From assembly GCF_039654945.1 (NCBI RefSeq), contig NW_027361713.1, positions 7,564,001 through 7,628,000 of the forward strand: 64,000 bases of DNA, in the 5' to 3' direction. This DNA is from Dendrobates tinctorius. Its lineage: Eukaryota. The position numbers were made by a program, and so were the translations under genes. The notes beneath the pieces are model-generated. The model did not search any database, was not told the origin of the DNA, and was given only the letters and a program-made list of their open reading frames with translations. This document shows positions 1 to 12,034 of this stretch, piece after piece. The stretch's first letter is position 1; every line of letters begins with the position of its first letter.

Positions 1-315
1 CGTATAGTTTAGTGAGAAAAGAGTCAGTTCAACCTGTGTTTTATTCATTTAAATCTCTGCTTATTGTGGGGTCTTCAGTCTACTTTATCTCAGCTATGTC
101 TGCTTTCACACTTATATAAAGAAGTCTGTCAATCATTGCTGCATACAGACTGGTGTACATTTTCTATGTTCCTATGGAAATAGCAAAAGGGTGCTGCTAC
201 CACAGAGGATACTTTACCCCTTGCTGCATATGTATACTGTTGTGGGACAGAAAAAGCTTGCTGTAGCAAATGCACTATTGAGCTTTATATAAATAAATAT
301 ATATACATATCTTAC

Positions 316-441
316 CCATTGAAGTCCCCTCTACATAGGGGTAGAAAAAGGCTATGATTAGGTTAATAAAAACTGCCAGATTGAAAGAAATGGTTCCCCA
401 AAGTGTCATTCTACGTGAAAACCAGTATATTAAAGGCATAC
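316..441 (-). CDS. ITPR3: ITPR3 exon encoding the first transmembrane segment (SMPLIYWFSRRMTLWGTISFNLAVFINLIIAFFYPYVEGTSM)
   Basis: Acceptor ttttttag| and donor |gtaaga; 126 nt, phase 1 to 1; hydrophobic helix matching IP3R3 TM1. Confidence 0.95.
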
Positions 442-716
442 CTAAAAAAAACAACACAAGAAGCAAAAACAATATGAGCTGTTGCTTATGGAAATGTACA
501 ATACTAAATGATCGTTTGCAATTTTCATTGTGAACTCCCTGGTAATTTGTTTTTTATTAACCGCCTGTCTGTTTCTCAACAGGTAAAAACAAATCCATCT
601 TGTGATTGTTATTAATCATTATTTGTAATTTTCAGTTAATGAGATTCTCGTGCTCCGGGGCGGGGCGGTGGGCAGGGTTGTGTGTGACCTGTGGGCGGGG
701 CTTTATGCGGTGATCT

Positions 717-1136
717 AATGTGAAATGAAAAAGAAGAAATATGCAGCACTCACCAATAAAAGCTGAAAAACTACGTCTTTATTTCACATGAATTCCATCA
801 ACAGATATGGGGACATGCAGGATGTTAGAGGAATGCTAGCGGAGGGAGGTGTCTGCACCTCCCTCTCCTAGCATTCCTCTAACGTCCTGCATGTCCACAT
901 ATCTGTTGATGGAATTCATGTGAAATAAAGATGCACAGTTTTTCAGCTTTAATGGTGAGTGCTGCATATTTCTTCTTTTTTCATTTCACATTGAAATATT
1001 CATGTTTTTTCATGCAAGCACCTCCGTTTTTTTTCTGCAATATATACCGCAATACTTCAGATAAATAGCTCCGCCTGTTAATGTGGTGATTTGTGTGCCC
1101 TAGTTTGCCGTTCATCAGTTTGCTCTTTGCTGGGAT
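717..1136. mobile_element. TSD-flanked insertion with a 135-bp 5' inversion (Penelope-like truncated insertion, inferred)
   Basis: Direct repeats CTTTATGCGGTG(A/T)TCT at 701-716 and 1137-1152; 717-851 is the reverse complement of 856-992. Confidence 0.6.
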
Positions 1137-1399
1137 CTTTATGCGGTGTTCTGCTTACATATGCACCCAATAGAAGAAAAAAAAAAGTGAACTGCACCAG
1201 ATCCAAGCAGCAGTCTCATGCCTTTAAACTAATGGTCCTCTATTTAACTGAATTCCTTCAGCACATGTAACAATATTATGGTGCTCAGCAATGAAATAAA
1301 CATATCCTTGCAAATACTTATAAGAAAAAAAAATTGCAGCACTCACTATATTGCAAAAATTCTCAATAGATTCCTTTATTTCACCTCTAGTGTGTAGGC

Positions 1400-2045
1400 A
1401 TTTGAGTCTGGAAAGCGGGCTTGGGAGGAATGCGGGGAGTGCAGGAAGGGATACTGCCATTGGCGTGGAGCGTATATTCATTACCTTAATGAGCGGCATC
1501 ATGTGACCGCTCAGCACAGGAGAGCTGCCGGCGCCGGGAAGGAGGGTGAGTAGGACGGGGGGTGTGAGCCATGCATACAACGATGGGACGAGGGGGTGAG
1601 CCATGCATATAACGAAGGGACGGGGGTGAGCCAAGCATACAAGGATGGGGGGGTGAGCCATGCATAGAAGGATGGGAGGGTGGGTGAGCCATGCATACAA
1701 CGATGGGACGGGGTGAGCCATGCATACAAGGATGGGAGGGGGTGAGCCATGCATACAACGATGGGACGGGGGTGAGCCATGCATACAAGGATGGAAGGGG
1801 GGTGAGCCATGCATACAAGGATGGGATGGGGGTGAGCCATGCATACATGGAGAGGCACACATACCAGGACAAAACGGGGGAGCCACATGCCAGGACAGGA
1901 TGGGGGGAGCACGCATACCAGGACAGGGATGAGGAAACAATGCATATCCGGCTTATACTCGAGTCAATAAGATTACCCAGTTTTCCGTGGCAAAATTAGG
2001 TGCCTCGGCTTATACTCGGGTTGGCTTATACATGAGTATATACGG
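1400..2045. mobile_element. One-ended non-autonomous Tc1/mariner-pogo type element containing a ~30-bp minisatellite (about 1557-1850)
   Basis: Right end ...GGCTTATACATGAGTATATACGG|TA is the same terminus as the complete copy at 20977-21808; repeat unit GGGGTGAGCCATGCATACAA(C/G)GATGGGAC; left boundary approximate. Confidence 0.65.
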
Positions 2046-2501
2046 TACACATAGGTTTTACAGTTTTATTGATAAGGGGAAATTGGTAAAAATCATAGAG
2101 CGTTAAATATATCATGCACTATTGAATGTCTTTCCTTTGTTGAATGCATAATAAAAAGCATTTTTTCAAGCCTACATTCTAAAGATTACATCATTTGACC
2201 AGGTTTTGTAACTGTAGCAGAATATGTGTACATTGGCTCATACGGGCTTTAAATATTTTTTGCATTTACCCCAAAAAATGCTGCTGACTTTGCTTGTAGA
2301 ATTGCTCCAACTAAAGGATGGCATTAACACCAGCACTGTGTGTACAGATGTCAGTTGGCCTATTATCATCATATGTTTTTATAGCAAACGACATCTTGAG
2401 ATGTATGCAAGCGGTTTTAGGACTATAACAAGTGCTGAAACCACACAACTGTTCTTTTCCTATGACAATCCTTATTAAAAGCTTATCTGAGAAAGCCATA
2501 C

Positions 2502-2694
2502 TTCTTAGTTTCTTCTGCCACTCCATCTCATTATGAAGGAAAGATGACTGGTCAAAGAAGTCGCTAACTTTGCTGCTCTGCTCATCCTGCTCTGTGGTCA
2601 TGAATACTCTGTGCTTTGTTTCTTCTGTGAGGAACTTGCAGATATTTGGAACAGGAAACACAATTTGTTCCATGCTTCGGTCTGAACGTACAAT
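2502..2694 (-). CDS. ITPR3: ITPR3 exon ([30 protein letters not shown]...[14 protein letters not shown])
   Basis: Acceptor gccgacag| and donor |gtatgg; 193 nt, phase 0 to 1; [12 protein letters not shown] motif. Confidence 0.96.
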
Positions 2695-3548
2695 CTGTCG
2701 GCAACAAACACACATAATTCATGAGACACCATGTAAAAGAATTCATGCAATGTGGAAAATAAAAGTGTATGGTAATGGAGTGAAGCACATAGCTGCCTGA
2801 GGCAAAACTGAAGCTGCATCTTTCTCATGATTTATACAATCTATTAGTTTCACTTTTTACACTGCGGAAACTTTCTCCAAAACAAAATTTATTGTGGAAA
2901 ATGATATCTGACAATTGGGTAGCAAAAGATATTGGTAAAGTTAAATTTACTATTTCATTTACACCAGATTCTAATCATAAATTGCAAAATAACTTTTTGC
3001 AGCACTTTAAAAATTGAAGTTTGCCAAAATGAGTACCTAAACTCGACAAGCTCAAGACTTATGCTTTTTCTCTGCTTGATAGTAGCCATGGCTAGCCAGT
3101 GTCTACTTTTTTGACACACAAATTTGTTGTGCAATTTCTCCTGAGTGCACAGATACCCAATATGTGGAGGAAAACAACTGTTTGGGTGCACGGCAAGGAT
3201 TGGAAGGAAAGGAGCGCCATTTGACTTTTGAATGTAAAATATGCTAGAATAATTAGCAGATGCCATGTGGGAGCTAAATGTTGTTTAGGCACACTGGGGC
3301 TCAGAAGGGAGGGGGGTATTTGGATTTGGGGGCGGAGAATTTGCAATTTTTGGGGGGCGAGGAGCCATTTAGCTTTTCCAGAGCATTTCTGCTACCAGTA
3401 ATGTAGAAGCCCCCTATATTTCCGTTAACAGATGACGGACCTGAGTGGAGACTTGCTTTTTTTATGGATTTCGTTGAAGCTTTTATTGGGAACATTTTAC
3501 ATAACATTAGAGATCACATTTATCCGGCACTCTACACTGAGCACTTAC

Positions 3549-4338
3549 TGTAATGCCTCAGTGAGGTGAGTTGTAAGAGTGGACCCTCTGGACCTTGGAA
3601 CAAATTGCCCAGGGAGAGCCGACCTAGTGAAGACTGACCCCTATACAGGGATTGTCAGGGACAGGCCTAGGGATCTCTAATACCACGGTAGCCGATACCA
3701 AGAGGGGCGGCTCAGATAGCGGGAGCGACATGGAATAGAAGGGTAACGGAGAAGGCTGACGAACACCGGAGCACTAGGGACAGACATACAGAACAGAGCA
3801 CAGGAGTATAGATGAGCAGAGCAGTGCGCAGGGCATGAAATAGTAGAGCAGGATACAGGAGTACAGATGTGCAGTGCAGGGTAAAGGAGTACGGACGCGC
3901 AGGGTAGCGCACAAGGTATGGGCATGCAGGGCAAGACAAAGAAGTACTGATGCAGGCCTGGGTCGCAGAAGCAGGAGCTTAAACAATAACCAGGTGCCAC
4001 TGAATAGAGGAAGCAGGTTCAAACACCCTCCACCTTACCCGGATTGGCTGCAGGGTTTTCCGTGTCAGGATATTCAAGTGCATAAAGGACCTGGGAGGGG
4101 ACGTGGACACCGGGTCAGGACATCCGAGAACCAACAGGACCTTGGAGGAGTCGTGACCGCCCTCCAAGAGTGGCAGAGCGCATGTGCCGCATCCTGGAGC
4201 CTCCAGCAGAGCGGGGAGCACAGCAGGACCGAAGGACAGGAACGGAGGAGCGGGCAGCAGCTGTCACGGCGGTGGCAGCGGCACGACCAGCCGCGGTGGA
4301 AGAGCGGTCAGCAGCGGGCACGGCCAGTGGTGGTAACA
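3549..4338. mobile_element. Solo LTR (790 bp)
   Basis: TGTAAT...GTAACA termini; 5-bp flanks CTTAC/CTTAT; GC-rich block interrupting an AT-rich host element. Confidence 0.7.
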
Positions 4339-5416
4339 CTTATTTTGGGGTTTCCATCTAAATCTCTGAGTGACGTGATTAAGATGAAAACCCTGATGAA
4401 TCCATTCACTATAATGCGGCAGCAGATTTACTCTGGACTCCGTCAGCCCTCTGTTCAGCGGTGTCCTTTTCAGAAGTGCACAAAACTATGGCCGACGGCA
4501 CTTTTATTCAATCTTAAAAAGACGGACACCGCCAGACCACAGGTCAGACAGCATCCACAGTAGCTCCATCTGCCTCATTATCGGGAATCTTCCGCCAAGG
4601 GTTCTGTCTGAATCACATATTTCAGAGATTTACACTGAAACCCCGGTGTAAGCACTCAGCGCAGGATAAATGTGAACCAAGTCTTACTGCAATCTTTGGG
4701 AAGCAGAATGAAAAAAATCAACAGCAGGTGAATAATTGGCTTTATTTATTTTTTACGTCGTTTCTCATGCTGTATAAGTGATTAGGCAACTTTATTCTTC
4801 GGGTCGGTGCGATTACAGCGATACCAGATTTATATTGGGTTTTTATGTTTGGCTGCTGTCACACACTAAAAGACGCTTTTTCTTGGGAAAACTAGTTTTT
4901 GCGTCACCATATTTTGAGAGCTATAATTTTTTCAGATTTCGGCTGACAGTCATTTTATGGCTTGTTTTTTGTGGGACGAGCTGATGTTTTAATTGGTACC
5001 ATTTTTGGGCACATGACATTTTTTGATCGCTTTCTATTCTGATTTTTGGGAGAGAGAATGAACAAAAACCAGCAATTCAGGAACTGCTTTTTTGTTTAAT
5101 TTTTTTATAACGTTCAATGTGTGATAAAATTGATAAGACAGCTTTATTCTTCGGGTCAGTGCAATTACAGTGGTACCTCATTTATATCTTTTTTATGTTT
5201 TGGCGCTTTTACACAATAAAAACTTATAGAAAAAATAATTATTTTTGCTTCGCTTTATTCTGAGAGCTATAACTCTTTTACATTTTGGCTGATGGAGCTG
5301 AATGGCAGCTTGTTTTTTTGTGGGACAAGATGACGTTTTCAGCAGTACAATTAATATTTACATCCGTCTATTTGATCATGTTTTATTGCACTTTTTGTTC
5401 GGCGGTATGATGATTA

Positions 5417-5775
5417 GGCCATGTGCACACGATGCAGATATCCAGCGGATCCGCAGCGGATTTTACAGCGCAGAAACGTTGCATATCTGCATTGTGATGT
5501 ACAGTAGCATGTTAGTCAATTGAAAAAAAAAACGCTGAGCAGACGCTTCGGATTTTTCCGCACGGTTTTCTTGTGGTTCAAAATATGCAGCATGTCACTT
5601 CTTTAGTGTGGTTTTCCACCTGCTCCATTCTCCAAATCCGCAGGGGAAAACCGCACAAAAACCGCAAGAAAAAAGGAAGAAATCAGCAGGAAAAATGCAG
5701 GTCATTTGACCTGTGGATTTCTTCAATTCTGCGCGGAAAAATCTGCAGGGCTAAAAAGTACGTGTGCACTTAGCC
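5417..5775. mobile_element. PIF/Harbinger-like MITE
   Basis: TIR GGCCATGTGCACACG / CGTGTGCACTTAGCC; TTA and TAA flanks. Confidence 0.75.
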
Positions 5776-7714
5776 TAAAGCTGTTTTTTGCCTCGTTTTT
5801 TATTATTTTTTTTACGGTGTTCACTGAAAGGGTTAACTAGTGGGACAATTTTATAGAGCCGGTCGTTACGGATGTGGCGATACCAAATATGTGTACTTTT
5901 ATTGTTTTTTAATTAACATAAATAAATGTACTTATTGGAAAAATATTTATTTAGTTTTCTTTATTTAGGAATTTTTTTTTTTCAAAATATTTTTACACAT
6001 TCTAATTTTTTTTTACATTTTTTACATTGTCCCAGTATGAGATATCACTATATAATGACAGATCGCTGATCTGACACTTTGCACTGCACTGTATCAGATC
6101 AGCGATCTGACAGTCAGGGAAAGAGGCATGCCGACGCCTGCTCTCAGCTTGTGCTCACAAGCTACCTCCCTGCAAGATCCAGCAGGACCCCGCAGCCCTC
6201 TTGGAGCCAGGGATCTCCATGGAGACCATAAGGTCAACGCGATCGCATCGCTATGTTCTGATGGAAGCGCGCAGGGAGGGAGCTTGTCTGCGCCGCTGTC
6301 ACTACTGAAGGAATCAGAGGTGGTAAAATGCCCAACATCCACCGATCGAGGGCATTGCTGCTGGATGTCAGCTGTCACATACAGCTGACACCCGTGTAAA
6401 AAGCAGGTACTGGGATGCAGTAACACAAATGCTGCAGAGCAGGGATCAACTATATTTAACCCCTTCATGACCCAGGCTAATTTGACCTTAATAATCTTGC
6501 CAATTTTTGGCAATTCTGACCAGTGTCCCTTTATGAGGTAATAACTCTGGAACGCTTCAACGCATCCTAGCGATTCTGAGAATGTCTTTTCGTGACATAT
6601 TGGGCTTCATGTTAGTGGTAAATTTAGGTCGATAATTTTTGCGTTTATTTGTGAAAACAATCAGAAATTTGGCGAAAATGTTGAAAATTTCGCAATTTTC
6701 AAATTTTGAATTTTTATTCTGTTAAACCAGAGAGTTATGTGACACAAAATAGTTACTAAATAACATTTCCCACATGTCTACTTTACATCAGCAAAATTTT
6801 GGAAACAATTTTTTTTTGTTAGGAAGTTATAAGGGTTAAAAGTTGACCAGCGATTTCTCATTTTTACAACAAAATTTACAAAACCATTTTTTTTTTAGGG
6901 ACCACCTCACATTTGAAGTCACTTTGAAGGGTCTATATGGCAGAAAATACCCAAAAGTGACACCATTCTAAAAACTGCACCCCTCAAGCTACTCAAAACT
7001 ACAGTCTAGAAGATTATTAACCCTTCAGGTGCTTCACAGGAACTAAAGCAACGTGGAAGGAAAAAATGGACATTTTAATTTTTCCAACATAAATTTTCTT
7101 TTAGCATCATTTTTTTCATTTTCACATGCGCAACAGGATAAAATGGATCCTAAAGTTTGTTGGGCAATTTCTCCTGAGTACACCGATACCTCATATGTGG
7201 TCATAAACCACTGTTTGGGTGAACGGCAGGGCTCAGAAGGGAAGGAGCACCATTTGACTTTTTAAATGGAAAATATGCTGGAATATTTAGCGCTTGCCAT
7301 GTCGCGTTTGGAGAGTCCCTGTGTGCCTAAACACTGGAGCTTCCCCACAAGTGACCCCATTTTGGAAACTAGACCCCCCAAGGAACTTATCTAGATGCAT
7401 AGTGATCACTTTGAACCCCCAGGTGCTTCACAAATTGATCCGTAAAATTAGAAAAGTACTTTTTTTTTCACAAAAATTATCTTTTAGCCTCAGTTTTTTC
7501 ATTTTCACATGGGCAACAGGATAAAATGGATCCTAAAATTTGTTGGGCAATTTCTCCTGAGTACACCGATACCTCATATGTGGTCATAAACTTTTTGAAT
7601 GAAAAATTAGCTCCAATCGTTATCGGACACCATGTCGCATTTGGAGAGCCCCTGTGTGCCTAAACACTGAAAACCCCCTACAAGTGACACCATTTTGGAA
7701 ACTAGACCCCTTAA

Positions 7715-9820
7715 AGGGAAGGTGCCGCAATTTTATATAATTTGCAAAAAAAAGAGTAAGTAACAAAACATGTTGTTTTAGCAAATGTTGTACTAACTAG
7801 GATTTATGGTTTGTTTGTAATAATGTTTTAATGTAGCCACTGGGCGCTGCCATCTTGATTTGCAGATCTGTGGAGGACTCATACAGTCTGCAAATATGGC
7901 CGTCCCTGGACATAGGTGACTGCGGTCGGCTCCCGACCCCACCATGCAGCCTCATTAGCAGTGAAATGGGCACGCCCCTGTGGGCAGCACCATTCACTGC
8001 TGTAGGTGTGGCTGGGCGCCATTTTACTGTAGCCCAGTGCTATCTGCTGAGCTCCACTTTCTGCACCGTGCTTCCTGCTCCAGCTCCACTGTCCTCCTGC
8101 TCTCTCTCCGCCTCCTCACACACACACAGCCCCAGTGATCTCTGGTAATCTGACACCTTTGCTTTTATGAGAGCTTTTATGGCTGTCTGAGGACAGTGAC
8201 ATATACAGCCCATAGTCTAGTGTATAATTGGGGGGGGGGGGTGGAAGTTTCACCAGTGTGGGCATATCTGTAATACTGTCTCCTGTGATACTGCCTGCTG
8301 AGCCATGTATCTAATCCTCTCCTGTGTGATACTGCCTGCTGAGCCGTGTATCTAATCCTCTCCTGTGTGATACTGCCTGCTGAGCCGTGTATCTAATCCT
8401 CTCCTGTGTGATACTGACTGCTGAACCGTGTATCTAATCCTCTCCTGTGTGATACTGACTGCTGAACCGTGTATCTAATCCTCTCCTGTGTGATACTGAC
8501 TGCTGAACCGTGTATCTAATCCTCTCCTGTGTGATACTGACTGCTGAGCCATGTATCTAATCCTCTCCTGTGTGATACTGACTGCTGAGCTGTGTATCTA
8601 ATCCTCTCCTGTGTGATACTGACTGCTGAGCCGTGTATCTAATCCTCTCCTGTGTGATACTGTCTGCTGAGCCGTGTATCTAATTCTCTTCCGTGTGACA
8701 CTGCTCTCCTGAAATACTGTGTGCTGCTGTCACTCTGCTCCCTCTACCATATATCTCCCTCTGTGCCCCCCATAGACCAGCACACTGCTCTCCTGAAATA
8801 TTCTGTGCTGCTGTCACCCTGCTCCTCCACCATATATCTCCCTCTGTGCCCCCCATAGACCAGCACACTGCTCTCCTGAAATACTCTGTGCTGCTGTCAC
8901 CCTGCTCCTCCACCATATATCTCCCTCTGTGCCCTCCATAGACCAGCACACTGCTCTCCTGAAATATTCTGTGCTGCTGTCACCCTGCTCCTCCACCATA
9001 TATCTCCCTCTGTGCCCCCCATAGACCAGCACACTGCTCTCCTGAAATACTCTGTGCTGCTGTCACCCTGCTCCCAGAATCCTTGCTGCCTGCCATCCTC
9101 GGTGACCGAAGACCCCATTCCTCTCCTCCGGTCCTGTCCTGGCGATGTGTGAAAGCGAGGCGACAGGGGCCTGATATATGGAGGAAGGAGCAGGGTGACA
9201 TCAGCGCAGAGTATTTCAGGAGAGCAGTGTGCTGGTCTGTGGGGGGCACCCTGTTCAGTGCCAGGGATTGTACATAGAGCGCTGTGTTTTATACACATGG
9301 ATGGACCGTCTGCTTGTCTGCTCCACAGAAATCCAGGACACATTTCTGCTGATTGGTGACCTGTTCTGATCCAGACTTTACATGAAAAGACAGTCAGTAA
9401 CTTTGCAGGCCCCATCAAAATGGCTGCTCACTGTGTTCCTAGATGTCATCCTCTCTTTTCCCTTAGCAAACACCCAGAAGGGGAGGAGAGGAGTGACACC
9501 ACACCCATATCAGCAGATTCCGCCCATACAGTGTCCATTTTAGGGCATGATCATATATCAAAATCAAACATCATGGACACTGTATGCCCATAATTACTGC
9601 AGGACAGTAATGTGAGCTAGTTGTACACTAGGTTTTTGTGCCAAATTTCAGTATCTGCTCCCCCTAGTGTTAACAAGTGGAAATGCCAAACTTTTTAAAA
9701 TTATTTTTCATATTTTACAAAATTAAAAACAAATGATAATATTTTTTAAGAAAATGTAAACATTAATTCTTTACATTTTTTCAATTGCTGAAAAAATTTT
9801 TTTGGGATGGCACCTTCCCT
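7715..9820. mobile_element. Non-autonomous Kolobok/T2-like element
   Basis: TTAA|AGGGAAGGTGCC ... GGCACCTTCCCT|TTAA; removing it restores the host repeat (CTAGACCCC-TTAA-GGAACTTATCTAG). Confidence 0.85.
8278..9075. repeat. Adjacent minisatellites: ~10 x 41 bp then ~4.5 x 83 bp
   Basis: 41-bp unit GAGCCGTGTATCTAATCCTCTCCTGTGTGATACTGACTGCT; the 83-bp period shows in ORF offsets 8814/8897/8980; an inverted 83-bp-type unit lies near 9175-9250. Confidence 0.9.
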
Positions 9821-10965
9821 TTAAGGAACTTATCTAGATGTGTAGTGAGCACTTTGAACCCCCAAGTGCTTCACAAAAGTTTATAATGTAGAGCAGTGAA
9901 AATAAAAAATATTTTTTTTTCCTCAAAAATGATTTTTTAGCACGCTATTTTTTATTTTCACATGGCTAACAGGAGAAATTGGACCCCAAACGTTTTTGTA
10001 CAGTTTGTCCTGAGTACGCTGGTACCCCATATGTGGGGGGGAACCACTGTTTGGGCATACGTCAGGGCTCAAAAGGGACGTAGTGACATTATGAAATGCT
10101 GACTTTGATGGCATGGTCTGCGGGCGTCATGTTACATTTGCAGAGCCCCTGTGTGCCTAAACAGTAGAAACCCCCCACATGTGACCTCATTTTGGAAACC
10201 AGACCCCATAAGGAACTTGCCTAGATGTGTGGTGAGCACCTTGAACCCCCCCAAGTGCTTCACAGAAGATTATAACGCAGAGCCATGAAAATAAAAAGTC
10301 ATTTTTTTTCCTCAAAAAATGATTTTTTAGCTTGCAATTTTTTATTTTCATAAGTGTAACAGGAGAAATTGGACCCCAAAAGTTGTTGCCAGTTTGTCCT
10401 GAGTACGCTGGTACCCCATATGTGGGGGGAACCATTGTTTGGGCACACGTCAGGGCTCGGAATCGAAGTAGTGACGTTTTGAAATGCAGACTTTGATGGA
10501 ATAGTCTGCGGTCATCGTTACGTTTGCAGAGCCCCTGATGTGCCTAAACAGTGGAAACCTCCCACAAGTGACCCCATTTTGGAAACTAGACCTTCCAAGG
10601 AACTTATCTAGATGTGTTGTGAGCACTTTGAACCACCAAGTGCTTCACAGAAGTTTATAATGCAGAGACGTGAAAATGAAAAAATCATTTTTTTTCACAA
10701 AAATAATTTTTTAGCCCCCAATTTTTTATTTTCCCAAGGGTAACAGGAGAAATTAGTCCCCAAAAGTTGTTGTGCAATTTATTCTGAGTACGCTGATACC
10801 CCATATGTTGGGGTAAACCACTGTTTGGGCACATGTTGGGGCTTGGAAGGGAGGGAGCACCGTTTGACTTTTTGAACGCAAAATTGGCTGGAATCAAAGG
10901 TGGCACCGTCGCGTTTGGAGACCCCTGATGTGCCTAAACAGTGGAAACCCCTCAATTCTATCTCC

Positions 10966-11316
10966 AACCCTAAACCTAACACACCCCTAACCACAACCCT
11001 AACCCCAACACATCTCTAACCCTAATCCCAACCCTAGCCATAACCCTAACCCTAACACACCCCTAACCCTAATTTCAACCCTAACCACAAGCCTAACCCT
11101 AATCCCAACTCTAACACACCCCTAACCCTAATCTTAACCCTAATTCCAACCCTAACCCTAATTGCAACCCTAACCCTAATTGCAACCCTAACCCTAATTC
11201 CACCCTAACCCTAATTGCAACCCTAACCCTAATTCCACCCTAACCCTAATTCCAACCCTAACTCCAACCCTAACCCTAATTCCAACCCTAACCCTAACCC
11301 TAATTCCAACCCTAAC
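10966..11316 (+). repeat. Degenerate telomere-like (CCCTAA)n tract inside the piggyBac-like element
   Basis: CCCTAA units interleaved with TTCCAA/TTGCAA variants. Confidence 0.9.
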
Positions 11317-12034
11317 GGAAAAATAAAAATAAAAATATTTTCTTTATTTTATCAGTTGTACCTACCTATGGGGGTGATAATCTGGGGGTTTATTTACTTT
11401 TTATTTCATTTTGATCACTGTGAGAGTGATCAAAATTAAAGAATGGAATCTGCAGCCAGCAGATTCGGGCGGGCGCACTGCGCATGCGCCCGCCATTTTC
11501 CAAGATGGCGATGCCCATGATCTGGACCCGCGGGACACCGGGAGGGACATGGGGACTCAGAAGGTACCGGGGGGGTGAGGGAGGGAGCGGAAGCTGGCGG
11601 GGAGCGGAGGGAGGGGGGGGCAGATGATGACAGTGGCAGCAGATCGCCGCTGTCATTCAGTGGCGGGGGGGCGATCGCCGGTGGGGGGGTCGGATCGGTG
11701 TCACCAGCCATGTCCGATGCTACTGCAGAATCGGCCATGGCTGGTTTGTAATATTTCATAAAATTTCATTGATGAAATATTACTATCGCTCTGATTGGCT
11801 GTTTCACTTTTAACAGCCAATCAGAGCGATCGTGGCCACGTGGGGGCGAAGCCATGCCCCCTGTGGTGAATTACAAAGCCCCCCTGTATCTGCGGGTCAG
11901 GTGACCTTTCATTGACCCCGGTCACCCAACCCACTGGGGGGCTTTGAAGTCATGACACAGGGTATGCGTCATGGGTCGGATTGGCACCGACTTTCATGAC
12001 GCATACGCTGTGTCACAGGTCGGGAAGGGGTTAA

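Larger units (their letters stand above)
6460..12030. mobile_element. Non-autonomous piggyBac-like element with ~370-420-bp internal tandem repeats and a telomere-like tract
   Basis: TTAA|CCCCTTCATGACC ... GGTCGGGAAGGGG|TTAA; no transposase ORF; recurring block CAAGTGACCCCATTTTGGAAACTAGAC...AAGGAACTTATCTAGATG. Confidence 0.8.

Noticed and set aside
655-700. GC-box cluster as an internal promoter
   Set aside because: Short G-rich patch with no CpG island or other promoter evidence; probably part of an old repeat.
1095-1122. CTGATGA motifs elsewhere (minus strand near 1112; plus strand near 4393 and 29695) as extra hammerheads
   Set aside because: No stem II followed by GAAA and no matching stem I or cleavage triplet.
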